The translations under genes were made by a program, and so were the position numbers. From Solirubrobacteraceae bacterium (lineage in GTDB: Bacteria; Actinomycetota; Thermoleophilia; Solirubrobacterales; Solirubrobacteraceae), in contig JADGPN010000001.1 in assembly GCA_017882465.1 (NCBI GenBank), forward strand, positions 1-53,758: a DNA stretch of 53,758 nucleotides, given 5' to 3'. The notes under the pieces are model-generated. The model ran no database searches. It was not told the DNA's origin and saw only the letters and a list, made by a program, of their open reading frames with translations. Each line of letters begins with the position of its first letter. Positions within the stretch are counted from its first letter, which is position 1. This document shows positions 8,426 to 18,524 of the stretch, piece by piece.

Positions 8426-9772
8426 TCAGGGCGCGGCGAGCAGCTCCTCGAGCGATGCCCCGCGGGCCTGCTCGTGGAGGAAGGACTCGTTGCTCGTGTT
8501 CTCGAGCAGGCGGCGCACGAGGTAGGCCATGCCGGCGACGAGATCGCCCACCGGGCAGTAGGTCCGCACGCGGAAACCGCGCGCGGCCAGAGCGTCCTGG
8601 AGGTCGTCGCCGAGTCCGCGGAGAACCTGGATCTCGAGGTCGCGATCGTCGGCCCCGGCGAGCCGGTTGACCGCGATCGCATGGGCCACCGAGCGCAGAT
8701 TGTGTGACGCCACGGCCACGCGCACCCCCGGGCGGGCCGCGAGCAGGGTCCGCGTGAGCGCCTCGAAGTTGCGGTCGCAGTCGGCCTTGACCTCGTACAC
8801 CGGCGTGGGCCAGCCGTGCTGGCGGGCCTCGACGATCTCATGGTCCCAGTAGGCCCCCTTGACCAGGCGGATCAGCAGCGGGGTGGTCCGGTTCGTCGCC
8901 CGGGCCCAGTCGAGGACCTGCTCGAGCTGCTGGGGGGAGTCGCGCAGGTAGGCCTGGATCACGATGCCCGCGGACGGGCCCGTGCGGAACTCGTCCTCGG
9001 AGAACAGCTCGAGCACGAGGTCGAGGACCGCCTCCAGAGAGTCGAACGACTCCATGTCGATGTGGAGATGCGCGTCCAGGGCGGCGGCGCGGCGCAGCAG
9101 CGGGCGCAGGCGCCCGGCGGCGTCGCGGCGGCCGAGATCGGGTGCGTCGGGACGCAGCAGCGGGGTGAGTGCGGAGACCTTGACCGACAGGTTGGCCCGA
9201 GGCAGCGGGCCGGTCCCGTCGCGCTCCAGTGCCGGGCGTGAGGACCAGCTGCGGGCGGCGCTTGCGAGCTCCTCGAGCGCCGATGTGCAACGGGCGGCGT
9301 ACGCGTCCGCCTCGGACTCGGTGACGGTCGCCTCGCCGAGCAGGTCGACCGAGCTGGCCACTCCCCGCAGCCACAGCTGGCGCAGCACCCCGAGCGCGGA
9401 GCCGGGCGTCTCGCCGACGATGAAGCGGTGGGCCATGTGCTTGACGCCGCCCGCGGCGGCCGCGCCCAGCGCCTTGCGCCCGGTCTTCGTGTCCCCGAGC
9501 CGCATCGCGGCGGCCAGCGGCGGGGTGCGCTCGGGGACCTGGTCCAAGAAGCCCGTGAGGTGGCGCGCCAGGTCATCGAGCGAGCGGCAGGCCGGGACCA
9601 CGTCGACGAACCGGAACAGGGCCGCCTTGAGCTCCTGGTCGCTGGAGGCCATCTCCATCGCGCGCGCGTCGAGCGCCTTCAGCGGGTGCCTGGCGCTGGA
9701 CGGAAACGCGGCGGCGAGATCGCCGCCGATGCGCTCGATCGCCCGCTGCAGTGCCTCGTCGTCCGTGCTCAC
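8426..9772 (-). CDS. Proline dehydrogenase (PutA PRODH half)
   Basis: LFRFVDV, SVDLLGE, SVKVSAL, HIDME, QAYLRD, RLVKGAYWDHE, ASHN, AYLVRRLLEN; GTG at 9772 overlaps the upstream TGA. Confidence 0.92.
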   Translation of the reverse strand: MSTDDEALQRAIERIGGDLAAAFPSSARHPLKALDARAMEMASSDQELKAALFRFVDVVPACRSLDDLARHLTGFLDQVPERTPPLAAAMRLGDTKTGRKALGAAAAGGVKHMAHRFIVGETPGSALGVLRQLWLRGVASSVDLLGEATVTESEADAYAARCTSALEELASAARSWSSRPALERDGTGPLPRANLSVKVSALTPLLRPDAPDLGRRDAAGRLRPLLRRAAALDAHLHIDMESFDSLEAVLDLVLELFSEDEFRTGPSAGIVIQAYLRDSPQQLEQVLDWARATNRTTPLLIRLVKGAYWDHEIVEARQHGWPTPVYEVKADCDRNFEALTRTLLAARPGVRVAVASHNLRSVAHAIAVNRLAGADDRDLEIQVLRGLGDDLQDALAARGFRVRTYCPVGDLVAGMAYLVRRLLENTSNESFLHEQARGASLEELLAAP

Positions 9773-10650
9773 CCGGTGACCGTATCGCTCCGGGTCGGGA
9801 GCTCGTGGTAGGGCGGCGTGGCTCGCTCGATCGCCTCCCAGCTCATGTCCCGGTGTCGCAGATCCTCGTCGACGGCGCCGCCTCCGCGCAGCCCGAACAG
9901 CCGCTTCGCGTACAGCAGGTACACCACCACGGCGACGTTGATCACGAAGCCGATGAGCTTCAGCGCCGAGAGCCGCTTGCTGAGCTCGTAGATCTCGAGC
10001 GGCAGCAGGATCGTGGTGGACAGGAAGGTGAGGTACTCCGCCCACCGTTTGGTGTACCAGAGCCCGACAGCCTCGACGCCTTCGAGAATGCCGTAGGCGA
10101 GCAGTCCGAATCCGACCTCGCGCAAGGTGCCGGAGCGCAGCGAGAACAGCTTGTCGAGCTCGTGCAGGAAGCCGACATGCCCCGAAGTCTGCACCGGACC
10201 GCCCGCGACGCCGCCCTGTAGATCGGTGAGCACGCGGTAGAACTTGTCCCGCAGGCTGGTCTCATGCGAGGCGAACAGCAGCACGGCGATACCCAGCGTG
10301 GTGAGGATCAGGAAGTGGAACGCCCGGTCGACGGCGATCATCCGCAGCACGATCTTGTCCCGCAGCGCCTTGCCGCGCAGGGGGATGACGATGTCGTGGT
10401 GGTCCGGTGGGTGGGGGCGGGACGCGTGCGCGGGTGGCGCGAGGGCGAGCCAGCTGTCGCAGCGCAGGCAGCGGTGCCAGCGCACATCGCCGCCTTCGCG
10501 GACGACCAGGGCGTCCTCCGGGCGGATCTCGGCCGCATCGGTGCCGACGATCTCGTGACCGCGCAACCCGCAGACCACCAGCTCCCAGTCGACCTTTCGC
10601 CGCGGGCGTGGCGGGGGGTGGGTACCGGGTGGCCGCTGGTCGCTGTTCAC
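9769..10650 (-). CDS. DUF2127-family membrane protein with N-terminal Cys/His motif
   Basis: EAVGLWYTKRWAEYLT...LLPLEIYEL; N-terminal CGLRGH...CLRC. Confidence 0.85.
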   Translation of the reverse strand: MNSDQRPPGTHPPPRPRRKVDWELVVCGLRGHEIVGTDAAEIRPEDALVVREGGDVRWHRCLRCDSWLALAPPAHASRPHPPDHHDIVIPLRGKALRDKIVLRMIAVDRAFHFLILTTLGIAVLLFASHETSLRDKFYRVLTDLQGGVAGGPVQTSGHVGFLHELDKLFSLRSGTLREVGFGLLAYGILEGVEAVGLWYTKRWAEYLTFLSTTILLPLEIYELSKRLSALKLIGFVINVAVVVYLLYAKRLFGLRGGGAVDEDLRHRDMSWEAIERATPPYHELPTRSDTVTG

Positions 10651-10699
10651 CGGGGAAACCGTAACGCCTCGGGCCGGACGGCTACCATCGCGCGCCCTG

Positions 10700-10980
10700 A
10701 TGAGCGAGCCGCAGATCAGCGTGGTTGCGCCGGTCCTCAACGGCGCGGCCTCGCTCCCGGCGCTGCTCGCAGCCCTCGGTCTGGAGCTGGTGCACAGCCC
10801 CAAGGCGGTCGTGGGCCACCACGCCGAATCGAGCGGAGGGGGATCTTCGGCCGCGCCCTGGGCGCTGCGCCGCGCGCCTACTGCAGGATGTTCACCGCTC
10901 GCGCCACCACGGGACCCCTGGAGCAGCTATGGGCGCCCGGGATGTGATCCTGGTGTTCCACGGCCGCTTGGGATACTCGC
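10700..10980 (+). pseudogene. Collapsed GT2 glycosyltransferase remnant
   Basis: MSEPQISVVAPVLNGAASLPALLAAL (GT2 N-terminus) joined directly to GLELVHSPKAVVGH (late GT2 motif); catalytic core missing. Confidence 0.55.
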
Positions 10981-10985
10981 AAGTT

Positions 10986-11666
10986 ATGGCCTTCGAAGTC
11001 CCGGCTGCAAGCGATCCGCCGCGCCCGCTCGTGGCCGCGCCGAGCTCACCCGATGAAGTCCGCGCGGCGAGCACGCGCGACGAGCTCGAGGCCGGCTTCG
11101 AGGCGCTCGCCGGGGTCGGGCGCGCGGTATCGATCTTCGGCTCAGCGCGGGCCCGGCGTGACGACGCCGACTACACGCTCGCCCGGGCCGTCGCCGAGCG
11201 GCTCGGCGGAGAGGGGTACGCGATCGTGACCGGCGGGGGCCCGGGGATCATGGAGGCCGCCAACCGCGGCGCGCGAGACGCCGGCGCTCATTCGATCGGG
11301 CTCCCCATCGGCCATCCGTTCGAGGAGACCACGAACGCCTATCTCGACACGGTCGTGCGGTTCCGCCAGTTCTACACCCGCAAGGTCATGTTCGCCCGCT
11401 ACTCGTCGGCATTCGTGTTCTTCCCGGGCGGATTCGGGACGCTCGACGAGCTGTTCGAGATCGCGACGCTGATCCAGACCCGGAACCTGCGCCGGATGCC
11501 GATCGTGCTGGCCAACGTCGGCTACTGGGCGCCGCTGCGCGACTGGCTGCGCACGACGGTGCTCGCCGAGGGGAAGATCTCATCAGCCGATGCCGACCTG
11601 CTCGCGCCCGCGGGCGATGCCGAGCAGATCTGCGCCGGCGTGATCGCCGCCACGGGCAGGATCTGA
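10986..11666 (+). CDS. LOG-family (TIGR00730) nucleotide phosphoribohydrolase
   Basis: VSIFGSAR, TGGGPGIMEAANRGA, RKVMF, PGGFGTLDE. Confidence 0.92.
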   Translation: MAFEVPAASDPPRPLVAAPSSPDEVRAASTRDELEAGFEALAGVGRAVSIFGSARARRDDADYTLARAVAERLGGEGYAIVTGGGPGIMEAANRGARDAGAHSIGLPIGHPFEETTNAYLDTVVRFRQFYTRKVMFARYSSAFVFFPGGFGTLDELFEIATLIQTRNLRRMPIVLANVGYWAPLRDWLRTTVLAEGKISSADADLLAPAGDAEQICAGVIAATGRI

Positions 11667-11673
11667 TCCCGCG

Positions 11674-12321
11674 ATGGCCAATCACGGGCCGATGCGATCG
11701 CTGACCGTGTGCCTGGCCGTGCTGGCGGCGCTGAGCCTGACTGCGTGCGGCGCCTCGAGCAGCAGCTCCTCGACGGCCTCGAGCACGACCGCCGCCGTCA
11801 CGACCACGACCGCCGCCACCGCCACGACCACCACGGCGAGTACGCCTGCGACCACGACGGCGACGACGCCCGTCACCCCCGTGACGCGGCCGCCGCGCTG
11901 CACCGAGGCGTCGCTGGCGCTCCGGTACCTCGGCCAGCAGGGGGCCACCGGGCACGGCGAGATCGGCTTTGCGCTCAAGAACATCACCGGCTCCAGCTGT
12001 CGCACCTACGGGTATCCGGGAGTCCTGTTCCTGGATCGGACCGGGCACCCGCTGCCGACTCTCTCGACCCGGACCACGCACGACTTCTTCGGCCCGGCGC
12101 CGGCCGCTGCGCTGATCGTGGCTCCCGGGGCCAGCGTCTCCTTCCGGCTCGGCGTCACCCACGGGATCAGCTCGCCGGCCGGGTGCACGACGGCCTACGC
12201 GCTGCAGGTGATCCCTCCCGATGACACCTCCACGCTGCGCACGACGATCCCGATGGGCGCGTATGAGTGCGGCACCACGACCGTGTCGCCGCTGCGCCGC
12301 GGCGTGAGCGCCTTCGTCTGA
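11674..12321 (+). CDS. DUF4232-like lipoprotein with Ser/Thr-rich linker
   Basis: Lipobox LTAC; poly-S/T; C...N...C...GYPGV...VIPP pattern. Confidence 0.8.
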   Translation: MANHGPMRSLTVCLAVLAALSLTACGASSSSSSTASSTTAAVTTTTAATATTTTASTPATTTATTPVTPVTRPPRCTEASLALRYLGQQGATGHGEIGFALKNITGSSCRTYGYPGVLFLDRTGHPLPTLSTRTTHDFFGPAPAAALIVAPGASVSFRLGVTHGISSPAGCTTAYALQVIPPDDTSTLRTTIPMGAYECGTTTVSPLRRGVSAFV

Positions 12322-12339
12322 TCCGAGCGCATCGGCGGC

Positions 12340-12427
12340 CCCGGCGCCAGCTCGATCGTGTGCTACCAGGGCGGGGGAGCGCGCCGCGCAGCAGCGCCTC
12401 GCGCTCCTGCGCGCGGGTGGCGGTCAC
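12340..12427 (-). pseudogene. N-terminal stub of a class I SAM methyltransferase
   Basis: GTGA-coupled start, then (frameshifted) PW*HTIELAPG, matching the WYHTIELAPG motif with TAC>TAG. Confidence 0.5.
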
Positions 12428-13521
12428 GTGAGCGCCTCGAAGCGCACGATCTCGTCCGCGTCGAGCTCGCGCACCAGCCCCTCGTCGGCCAGCACGTCCA
12501 TGTGGCCCAGGACCTCCGACAGGGTCAGGTAGGCCTGGGTGACCGCGATGTTGCCCCACATCGAGTGCGCGATCTCGTAAGCGCTGAGCGGCTGCGCCTC
12601 GAGCATCCGCAGCATCTTGCGGGCCCGGCGCTCGTGCATCCGGAAGCGCTCGTCGATCAGCACGGCGTGGTCGGTGATCGGATCGCCGTGGCCGGGCAGC
12701 ACGAGCTCCGCCGGCAGCTCGCGCGTGGCGCGCATCGACTCGATGTAGCTCATCAGCGCCCGGGGCCGTGGGCCTGAGACCTGAGCGCCGGCCCGAGACG
12801 CGGCTGCGCCAGCCCCTGACGCCGGTTCGCCGGCCGCGAACTCACCCAGCGGCCGGGAGATCAGCGGGTTGGAGGAGATGTGGGCCAGCAGGTGGTCTCC
12901 GGCCAGCAGAATGCGCCGGTCCTCGTCCCAGAAGACGGTGTCGGACGGGCTGTGCCCGGGGCGATGCAGCACCCGCAGGCTGCGGTCGCGGAGCGCGAGC
13001 GTGTCCCCATCGCGCAGCGGCCGGGTGACATGGCCGCTGGACCCAAAGGCCCGGAACGCCGCTCCGACGGCGCGCAGCGCGGTGGCCAGATCCGTGGGGA
13101 CGCCGTGCCTGAGCATCAGCTGCTCGGCGAACTCGTCCTCGGCCTGCGCGCTTTCCGCGAACCGATCGAGATAGGGACCGAGCAGGTGAAGCGCCGCTAC
13201 CTCGGCGCCCGAGCGCCGGACGAGGATGTCGAGCAGCCCCAGGTGATCCATGTGCTGATGGGTGATCACGATCAGCTCGAGGTCCTCGATTTGGCGATCG
13301 CGCTTGGCTAGCATGCGCTCGAGGTCGTCCAGCGACTTGCCCGAGTTGGGACCCGTGTCGATCAGGGTCAGCGGATCGTCCTCGATCAGGTAGCAGTTGA
13401 TCCGCCCGACCAGGAACGGCGTCGGGACCGGCAGCCGATGGATTCCGGCGCGCGCTGCGAGCGCGAGTGAGTCGGCCGCCGTCGGCTCAGGCGATCGGTC
13501 GGGCAACGGCAGCGAGCTCAC
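12424..13521 (-). CDS. MBL-fold metallo-hydrolase with C-terminal winged helix
   Basis: LIDTG, THQHMDH, PGHS, AGDH, LPGHG. Confidence 0.92.
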   Translation of the reverse strand: MSSLPLPDRSPEPTAADSLALAARAGIHRLPVPTPFLVGRINCYLIEDDPLTLIDTGPNSGKSLDDLERMLAKRDRQIEDLELIVITHQHMDHLGLLDILVRRSGAEVAALHLLGPYLDRFAESAQAEDEFAEQLMLRHGVPTDLATALRAVGAAFRAFGSSGHVTRPLRDGDTLALRDRSLRVLHRPGHSPSDTVFWDEDRRILLAGDHLLAHISSNPLISRPLGEFAAGEPASGAGAAASRAGAQVSGPRPRALMSYIESMRATRELPAELVLPGHGDPITDHAVLIDERFRMHERRARKMLRMLEAQPLSAYEIAHSMWGNIAVTQAYLTLSEVLGHMDVLADEGLVRELDADEIVRFEALT

Positions 13522-14888
13522 GACCGAATGATCGCGAGCACCTCATCGCGCCGCCGCTCCATGTCCTCACGGGACACCAGCGATTCGAGGCACAACCGCA
13601 GAAGCGGCTCCGTGTTCGAAGAGCGGACGTTGAAATGCCACTGGTCGTAGTCGACCGAGACGCCGTCGAGCCTGGTGATCTCCGCGTCGCCGTACCGTTC
13701 CGCGAGCTGCTCGAGCTTGCCCGCCGGGTCGTCCACCTCGGAGTTGATCTCGCCAGAGATGAAGTAGCGCGAGCGGAACGGCTCGAGCAGCTCGGACATG
13801 CTCTTGGCCTGCACCGAGAGCTGCTCCAGGATCAGCAGCGCCGGGATCGTGCCTGAGTCCGCACAGTAGAAGTCGCGGAAGTAGTAGTGCCCCGACACCT
13901 CACCGCCAAAGGCCGCGTGCTCGGCCCGCATCCGCGTCTTGAAGAAGGCATGCCCGACCCGGTTCATCAGCGCGGTGCCGCCGAGCCGCTCCGCGGTGTC
14001 GGCCACGGCACGACTGGCGCGCACGTCGTAGAGCACAATGGCGCCCGGCTCCTTGCGGATCGCCGACTCGCTCATCAGAGCAGTGAGGAAGTCGCCGTCG
14101 ACGAACGCGCCCACGTCGTCGATGAAGAAGCAACGGTCGGCGTCTCCGTCCCAGGCGATGCCCAGCGCAGCGCCCTCCTTGACCACGGCCCGCATGATGA
14201 AGTCGCGGTTCTCGGGCAGGAGAGGATTGGGCTCGTGACCCGGGAGGTTCCCGTCCGGAACGAAGTACGTCTCGACCAGATCCAGACCCAGCTCGCGCAG
14301 CAGCGGTCCGACCATCGGGCCGGCCATCCCGTTGCCGCCGTCGACGACCACCCTGAGCGGCTTGATCTCCGCCGGGTCGATGAACGTCAGCGCCGCCTGC
14401 TGGAACTCGTCGTACAGCGACACTTCCTCGACGGAGCCGCCGCCCGGCGCGTCGCCCAGGCCCTGCTCGATCAGGGACCGGATGTCGTTGATGCCCGAGT
14501 CGCCGGACAGCGCGATCGCGCCGCGCCTGACCATCTTGGCCCCGGTGTAGGGCTTGGGGTTGTGCGACGCGGTGCACATCAGCCCGCCGTCGAGATCGCG
14601 TGATCCGACCAGGTAGTAGAGCATCTCGGTGCCGACCTGCCCGGCGTCGAGCACGGTCGCGCCCTCGCCGCGCATGCCCTCGCGGTAGCGGGCGGCGAGC
14701 TCCGGCGCGGTCAGCCGCATGTCGCGGCCGAGACCGAGGCGCAGCTCCGCCGTGGGCGTGCCCTCCAGCTGCCCGATCACCCGCGCGAACGCACGCCCGA
14801 CCAGCTCTGCGCCGTCACCGTCGATCTCGCGTCCGTACAGGCCCCGGACGTCATAGGCCTTGAAGATGTTGGCGGGGAGGGCGGCCAT
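13518..14888 (-). CDS. manB: Phosphomannomutase/phosphoglucomutase
   Basis: FKAYDVRG, TASHNP, DGDADR, GGEVSGH, RSSNTEP. Confidence 0.92.
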   Translation of the reverse strand: MAALPANIFKAYDVRGLYGREIDGDGAELVGRAFARVIGQLEGTPTAELRLGLGRDMRLTAPELAARYREGMRGEGATVLDAGQVGTEMLYYLVGSRDLDGGLMCTASHNPKPYTGAKMVRRGAIALSGDSGINDIRSLIEQGLGDAPGGGSVEEVSLYDEFQQAALTFIDPAEIKPLRVVVDGGNGMAGPMVGPLLRELGLDLVETYFVPDGNLPGHEPNPLLPENRDFIMRAVVKEGAALGIAWDGDADRCFFIDDVGAFVDGDFLTALMSESAIRKEPGAIVLYDVRASRAVADTAERLGGTALMNRVGHAFFKTRMRAEHAAFGGEVSGHYYFRDFYCADSGTIPALLILEQLSVQAKSMSELLEPFRSRYFISGEINSEVDDPAGKLEQLAERYGDAEITRLDGVSVDYDQWHFNVRSSNTEPLLRLCLESLVSREDMERRRDEVLAIIRS

Positions 14889-14967
14889 CGCCGGCGCATG
14901 CTACTCGCGCGGGTGCCCGCGTCGACGGCTACGATCCCGGGCCCGATGAGGTCGTTACCCTGGGGCC

Positions 14968-15864
14968 GTGCAAATTGATCATGATCGCGCGCGTTGTGCT
15001 TGGTGCGGGGCTCGCAGTCGGCCGACCGGATTCCGGCTCGCTACATGCTCCGACTGCGGTGCCGCCACGACGTACCCACCTCCGAGTGAGGACGAGCTCG
15101 ATCGCGCATACGCCGCCTACCGGCCCCCCGAGGGACGCTTCGCAGGCGGGGGCGACCGCGTGCTCGCTGTGTCGCGCGGGAGCCTGGCTCGGAGGCTCGA
15201 GCGAATTGCGCCGCCGGGTCCGTTGCTCGATGTTGGCTCCGGCGATGGATCGCTGCTCCGGGCGCTACGCGCTCGTGGGCGCGAGGCGGTGGGCCTCGAG
15301 CGCACCGCCAATGGTGACGGGGTCCTCGCCTGTGAGATCACCGATTTCGATCAGCGGCGAGGCGAGTGGGCCGCGGTGGTCTTCTGGCACTCGCTGGAAC
15401 ACCTACGGGATCCGATGGCCGCGCTCGACCGGGCGACGGAATTGCTCGCTCCGGGTGGCGTCCTGGTGATCGCAGTCCCGAACCTCGAAAGCTGGCAAGC
15501 GCGTTTGCTCGGTACCAGGTGGTTCCACCTCGACCTTCCGCGCCATCTCGTTCATCTCCCTGCCACTGCGCTCCGGACCGGGGTGACGGCCCGCGGATTC
15601 CAGATCGAGCGGTGCAGCCACTGGCGGGCTGGGCAGCTGACGTTCGGGTGGCTGCATGGGATCGTGGGCGGCCTTCCGGGGAACCCCGACCTGTACAGTG
15701 CGATCCGTCGGCCGGAGGCGCAGGACACGGTCATGACCGGACGCCGTCGCGTCGGCGTGCTTGCCGCTGCGACCGCGCTCGCACCCGCTGCAGCCGCGAT
15801 GGCGGCCGGCGAGGTCGCCGCACGAGCCGGCGGGACGGTCTACCTCGAGGCGCGCCGGCGATGA
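14968..15864 (+). CDS. Class I SAM-dependent methyltransferase with N-terminal Zn-ribbon
   Basis: CAWC...CSDC, LLDVGSGDG, WHSLEH, LAPGGVLVIAVPN, PRHL. Confidence 0.88.
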   Translation: MQIDHDRARCAWCGARSRPTGFRLATCSDCGAATTYPPPSEDELDRAYAAYRPPEGRFAGGGDRVLAVSRGSLARRLERIAPPGPLLDVGSGDGSLLRALRARGREAVGLERTANGDGVLACEITDFDQRRGEWAAVVFWHSLEHLRDPMAALDRATELLAPGGVLVIAVPNLESWQARLLGTRWFHLDLPRHLVHLPATALRTGVTARGFQIERCSHWRAGQLTFGWLHGIVGGLPGNPDLYSAIRRPEAQDTVMTGRRRVGVLAAATALAPAAAAMAAGEVAARAGGTVYLEARRR

Positions 15865-16613
15865 TCACCGGCGAACGCGTGACGACTCCGGCCGGTGGCT
15901 TCAATCCAACGTTCCAGCGCCACGTTGCGGCCTATCGGCATTGCGCGCCGCTCCTACCCGTCGGCCGGGTGCTCGATCTCGGTTGCGGTGTCGGTCATTC
16001 CTACCGGGAGCTGGCGCCGCGCGTGAGCGTTGGGGTCGATCTCGAGGCAGTCGCACTCGCTGACCAGGATCGCGAAACACACGTCGCCGACATGCGCCGG
16101 CTACCGTTTGCGGCTAGGTCGTTCGGCTCAGTGCTGTCGGTGCAGTCGATCGAGCACGTCCCTGACCCGGAGTTGGTGCTGGCCGAGGTGGTGCGCGTGC
16201 TGGAACCGGGAGGTCGCGCGGTGTTCGTGACTCCGAACCGGTTGACGTTCGGTCGGCCGGACGAGATCATCGATCCGTACCACTACGTTGAGTACGACGC
16301 CACGGAGCTGCGCGCCCTATGCGAGCGCGCGTTCCCTCGAGCCGAGGTGCTCGGCATCCACGGGTCGCCTCGGTACACGGCCATCCTGGATGGCGAGCGA
16401 CGCGAGTTGAACCGCCTGCTGGCTCGCGATCCTGTTCGCCTGCGGCGGCTCGTGCCGCGGACTTTGCGCCAGCATCTCTACGACCGCATGCTCCACGCAC
16501 ACCGAATGGAGCCGCGGCTAGGAGCGCTCGAGATCGGCCCCGCGGACTTCCGGCTCGAAACAGGCAGCCTCGACGATTCGATCGACCTGGTCGCCATCTG
16601 CGATCAAGCCTGA
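15861..16613 (+). CDS. Class I SAM-dependent methyltransferase
   Basis: TGERV, VLDLGCGVG, QSIEH, RVLEPGG, TPNRLTF, PYHYVEY; ATGA overlap with previous gene. Confidence 0.9.
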   Translation: MITGERVTTPAGGFNPTFQRHVAAYRHCAPLLPVGRVLDLGCGVGHSYRELAPRVSVGVDLEAVALADQDRETHVADMRRLPFAARSFGSVLSVQSIEHVPDPELVLAEVVRVLEPGGRAVFVTPNRLTFGRPDEIIDPYHYVEYDATELRALCERAFPRAEVLGIHGSPRYTAILDGERRELNRLLARDPVRLRRLVPRTLRQHLYDRMLHAHRMEPRLGALEIGPADFRLETGSLDDSIDLVAICDQA

Positions 16614-16747
16614 GGCCGTTTGGCCCCTGCCTCGAGCACGTATCCCGTCCGCGCAGGTCCCGCCCACCCGCGGCCGGCTATCTGCCGCCCGCGCACCTCG
16701 GTCACCTGATCGGGCACCCGCAGCCCGGCACGCCATAATCCGCCGCC

Positions 16748-17461
16748 GTGAAACCGCCGGTGGCCATCCTCTGCGGCGGGCGCGGCACGCGCCTTCAGGA
16801 GCACACCCAGTCGATCCCCAAGCCGCTGGTGGAGGTCGGCGGCCGCCCGATCCTGTGGCACGTGATCCAGATCTACGCCGCCCAGGGCTTTCGCCGCTTC
16901 CTGCTGCTCACCGGCCACAAGGGGGAGCAGGTGGACGCGTTCGCGCGCGCGCAGTCGTGGCCCGAGGGGGCCGTGGTGCGGTGCCTGCCCACCGGGCGAG
17001 ACACCCCGACCGGTGGCCGGGTCCGGCGGGCGGCGGACGCGCTCGGCGGCGCCACGTTCTGCGTCACCTACGGCGACGGGGTGGCCGACATCGACCTCGG
17101 CGCGCAGCTCGCCTACCACGCTGAGCACGGCGGCGCCGCCACGATGACCGTCGTGCGGCCCGAGCTGCAGTTCGGAGTGGCCGAGCTGAACGGGGACGGG
17201 GTGGTGCGCGGCTTCGCCGAGAAGCCCCGCAGCGAGCACTGGGTCAACGGCGGCTTCTTCTGCTTCGAGCCCGCGGTTCTCGAGCTGCTCGCCGACGACA
17301 GCGTGCTCGAGCGCGAGCCCCTGGAGCGGCTGGCCGCGGAGGGCGAGCTGCGCGCCTTCCGCCACGACGGCTTCTGGGACTGCATGGACACCTACAAGGA
17401 CGCGATTGCCCTCAACGATCTCTGGAGCCAGGGGGAGGCCCCGTGGAAGCTGTGGGACTGA
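16748..17461 (+). CDS. rfbF: Glucose-1-phosphate cytidylyltransferase-like nucleotidyltransferase
   Basis: ILCGGRGTRL, PKPLVEVG, TGGR, TYGDG, NGGFF, FWDCMDT. Confidence 0.85.
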   Translation: MKPPVAILCGGRGTRLQEHTQSIPKPLVEVGGRPILWHVIQIYAAQGFRRFLLLTGHKGEQVDAFARAQSWPEGAVVRCLPTGRDTPTGGRVRRAADALGGATFCVTYGDGVADIDLGAQLAYHAEHGGAATMTVVRPELQFGVAELNGDGVVRGFAEKPRSEHWVNGGFFCFEPAVLELLADDSVLEREPLERLAAEGELRAFRHDGFWDCMDTYKDAIALNDLWSQGEAPWKLWD

Positions 17462-18429
17462 GCGGCGGCGGGGTCCTGGTCACCGGCGCCCACGGCCTGC
17501 TCGGAGCGTGGCTGGTCAAGGCGCTGCTGGAGGCGGGCGCGCGGGTGGTGGCCGTCCGCCGTGACGAGCCCGCCGTCTCGGCGCTGGCGCTGATGGGGCT
17601 CGAGCACCACGTCGACATCGTCCATGGCGACATCTGCGCCGATGGCCTCGTCTCGCGCGCGCTGGTCGAGTACGAGGTCGACACGGTGTTCCACCTCGCC
17701 GCCCAGACGCTGGTCGGGATCGCCAACACGGCGCCGCTCTCGACCTTCGAGACGAACATCCGCGGCACCTGGCTGCTGCTGGAGGCGTGCCGCCTGGCCC
17801 GCGTCAGGCGGGTGGTCGTCGCCTCCTCTGACAAGGCCTACGGGGCTCACGCCGAGCTGCCCTACCGCGAGGATCTGCCGCTGCAGCCCGTGTTCCCCTA
17901 TGACGTCTCGAAGGCCGCCGCTGATCTGCTCGCGCGCTCCTACTGGCACACGTTCGGGCTCCCGGTGGCCGTGACCCGATTCGCCAACCTGTACGGGGGT
18001 GGCGACACGAACGCCTCGCGCCTGGTTCCCGCGGCGGTCGCCGCCGCTCTGGCCGGCCGCCGTCCGGTGGTGCGCTCGGACGGCTCCCCCGAGCGCGACT
18101 TCCTGTACGTCGAGGACGCGGTCGCGGCCTATCTGGCCATCGTCGCCGCGCTCGAGCGTGGCGAGGGGATGGGAGAGGCGTTCAACGCCGGGGGCGGGCG
18201 GCCCCACCGCGTCGGGGACGTGGCCGACCTGATCTGCCGTCTCGCCGGGTCGGCGGTCGAGCCGGAGATCCGCGGCGCGGGAGTGCCCCACGGCGAGGTT
18301 GATCGCCAGTGGGTCGACTCCACAAAGCTCCGCGAGCTGACCGGATGGGAGCCCTCGGTGACGCTCGAGCAGGGCCTTCGGCGCACGATCGACTGGTATC
18401 GGGCCCACGCGCCGGCGCTGGCGCGATGA
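17443..18429 (+). CDS. NAD-dependent sugar dehydratase/epimerase (CDP-glucose 4,6-dehydratase-like)
   Basis: VTGAHGLLG, FHLAAQ, SSDKAY, YDVSK, NLYGGGD; next to rfbF. Confidence 0.85.
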   Translation: MEAVGLSGGGVLVTGAHGLLGAWLVKALLEAGARVVAVRRDEPAVSALALMGLEHHVDIVHGDICADGLVSRALVEYEVDTVFHLAAQTLVGIANTAPLSTFETNIRGTWLLLEACRLARVRRVVVASSDKAYGAHAELPYREDLPLQPVFPYDVSKAAADLLARSYWHTFGLPVAVTRFANLYGGGDTNASRLVPAAVAAALAGRRPVVRSDGSPERDFLYVEDAVAAYLAIVAALERGEGMGEAFNAGGGRPHRVGDVADLICRLAGSAVEPEIRGAGVPHGEVDRQWVDSTKLRELTGWEPSVTLEQGLRRTIDWYRAHAPALAR

Positions 18430-18524
18430 GCGCCGGCGGTTCGCCGCGAGCTGAGAGCGACCGCGGGCCCTGCGCCCGGCCCCGCACCGGCCACGCCCGC
18501 ACCTGGCATGCCAGCATCGGGCCG

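Noticed and set aside
8426-10045. 539-aa PRODH as called in the ORF track
   Set aside because: The N-terminal 91 codons overlap the DUF2127 gene; the likely start is GTG 9772.
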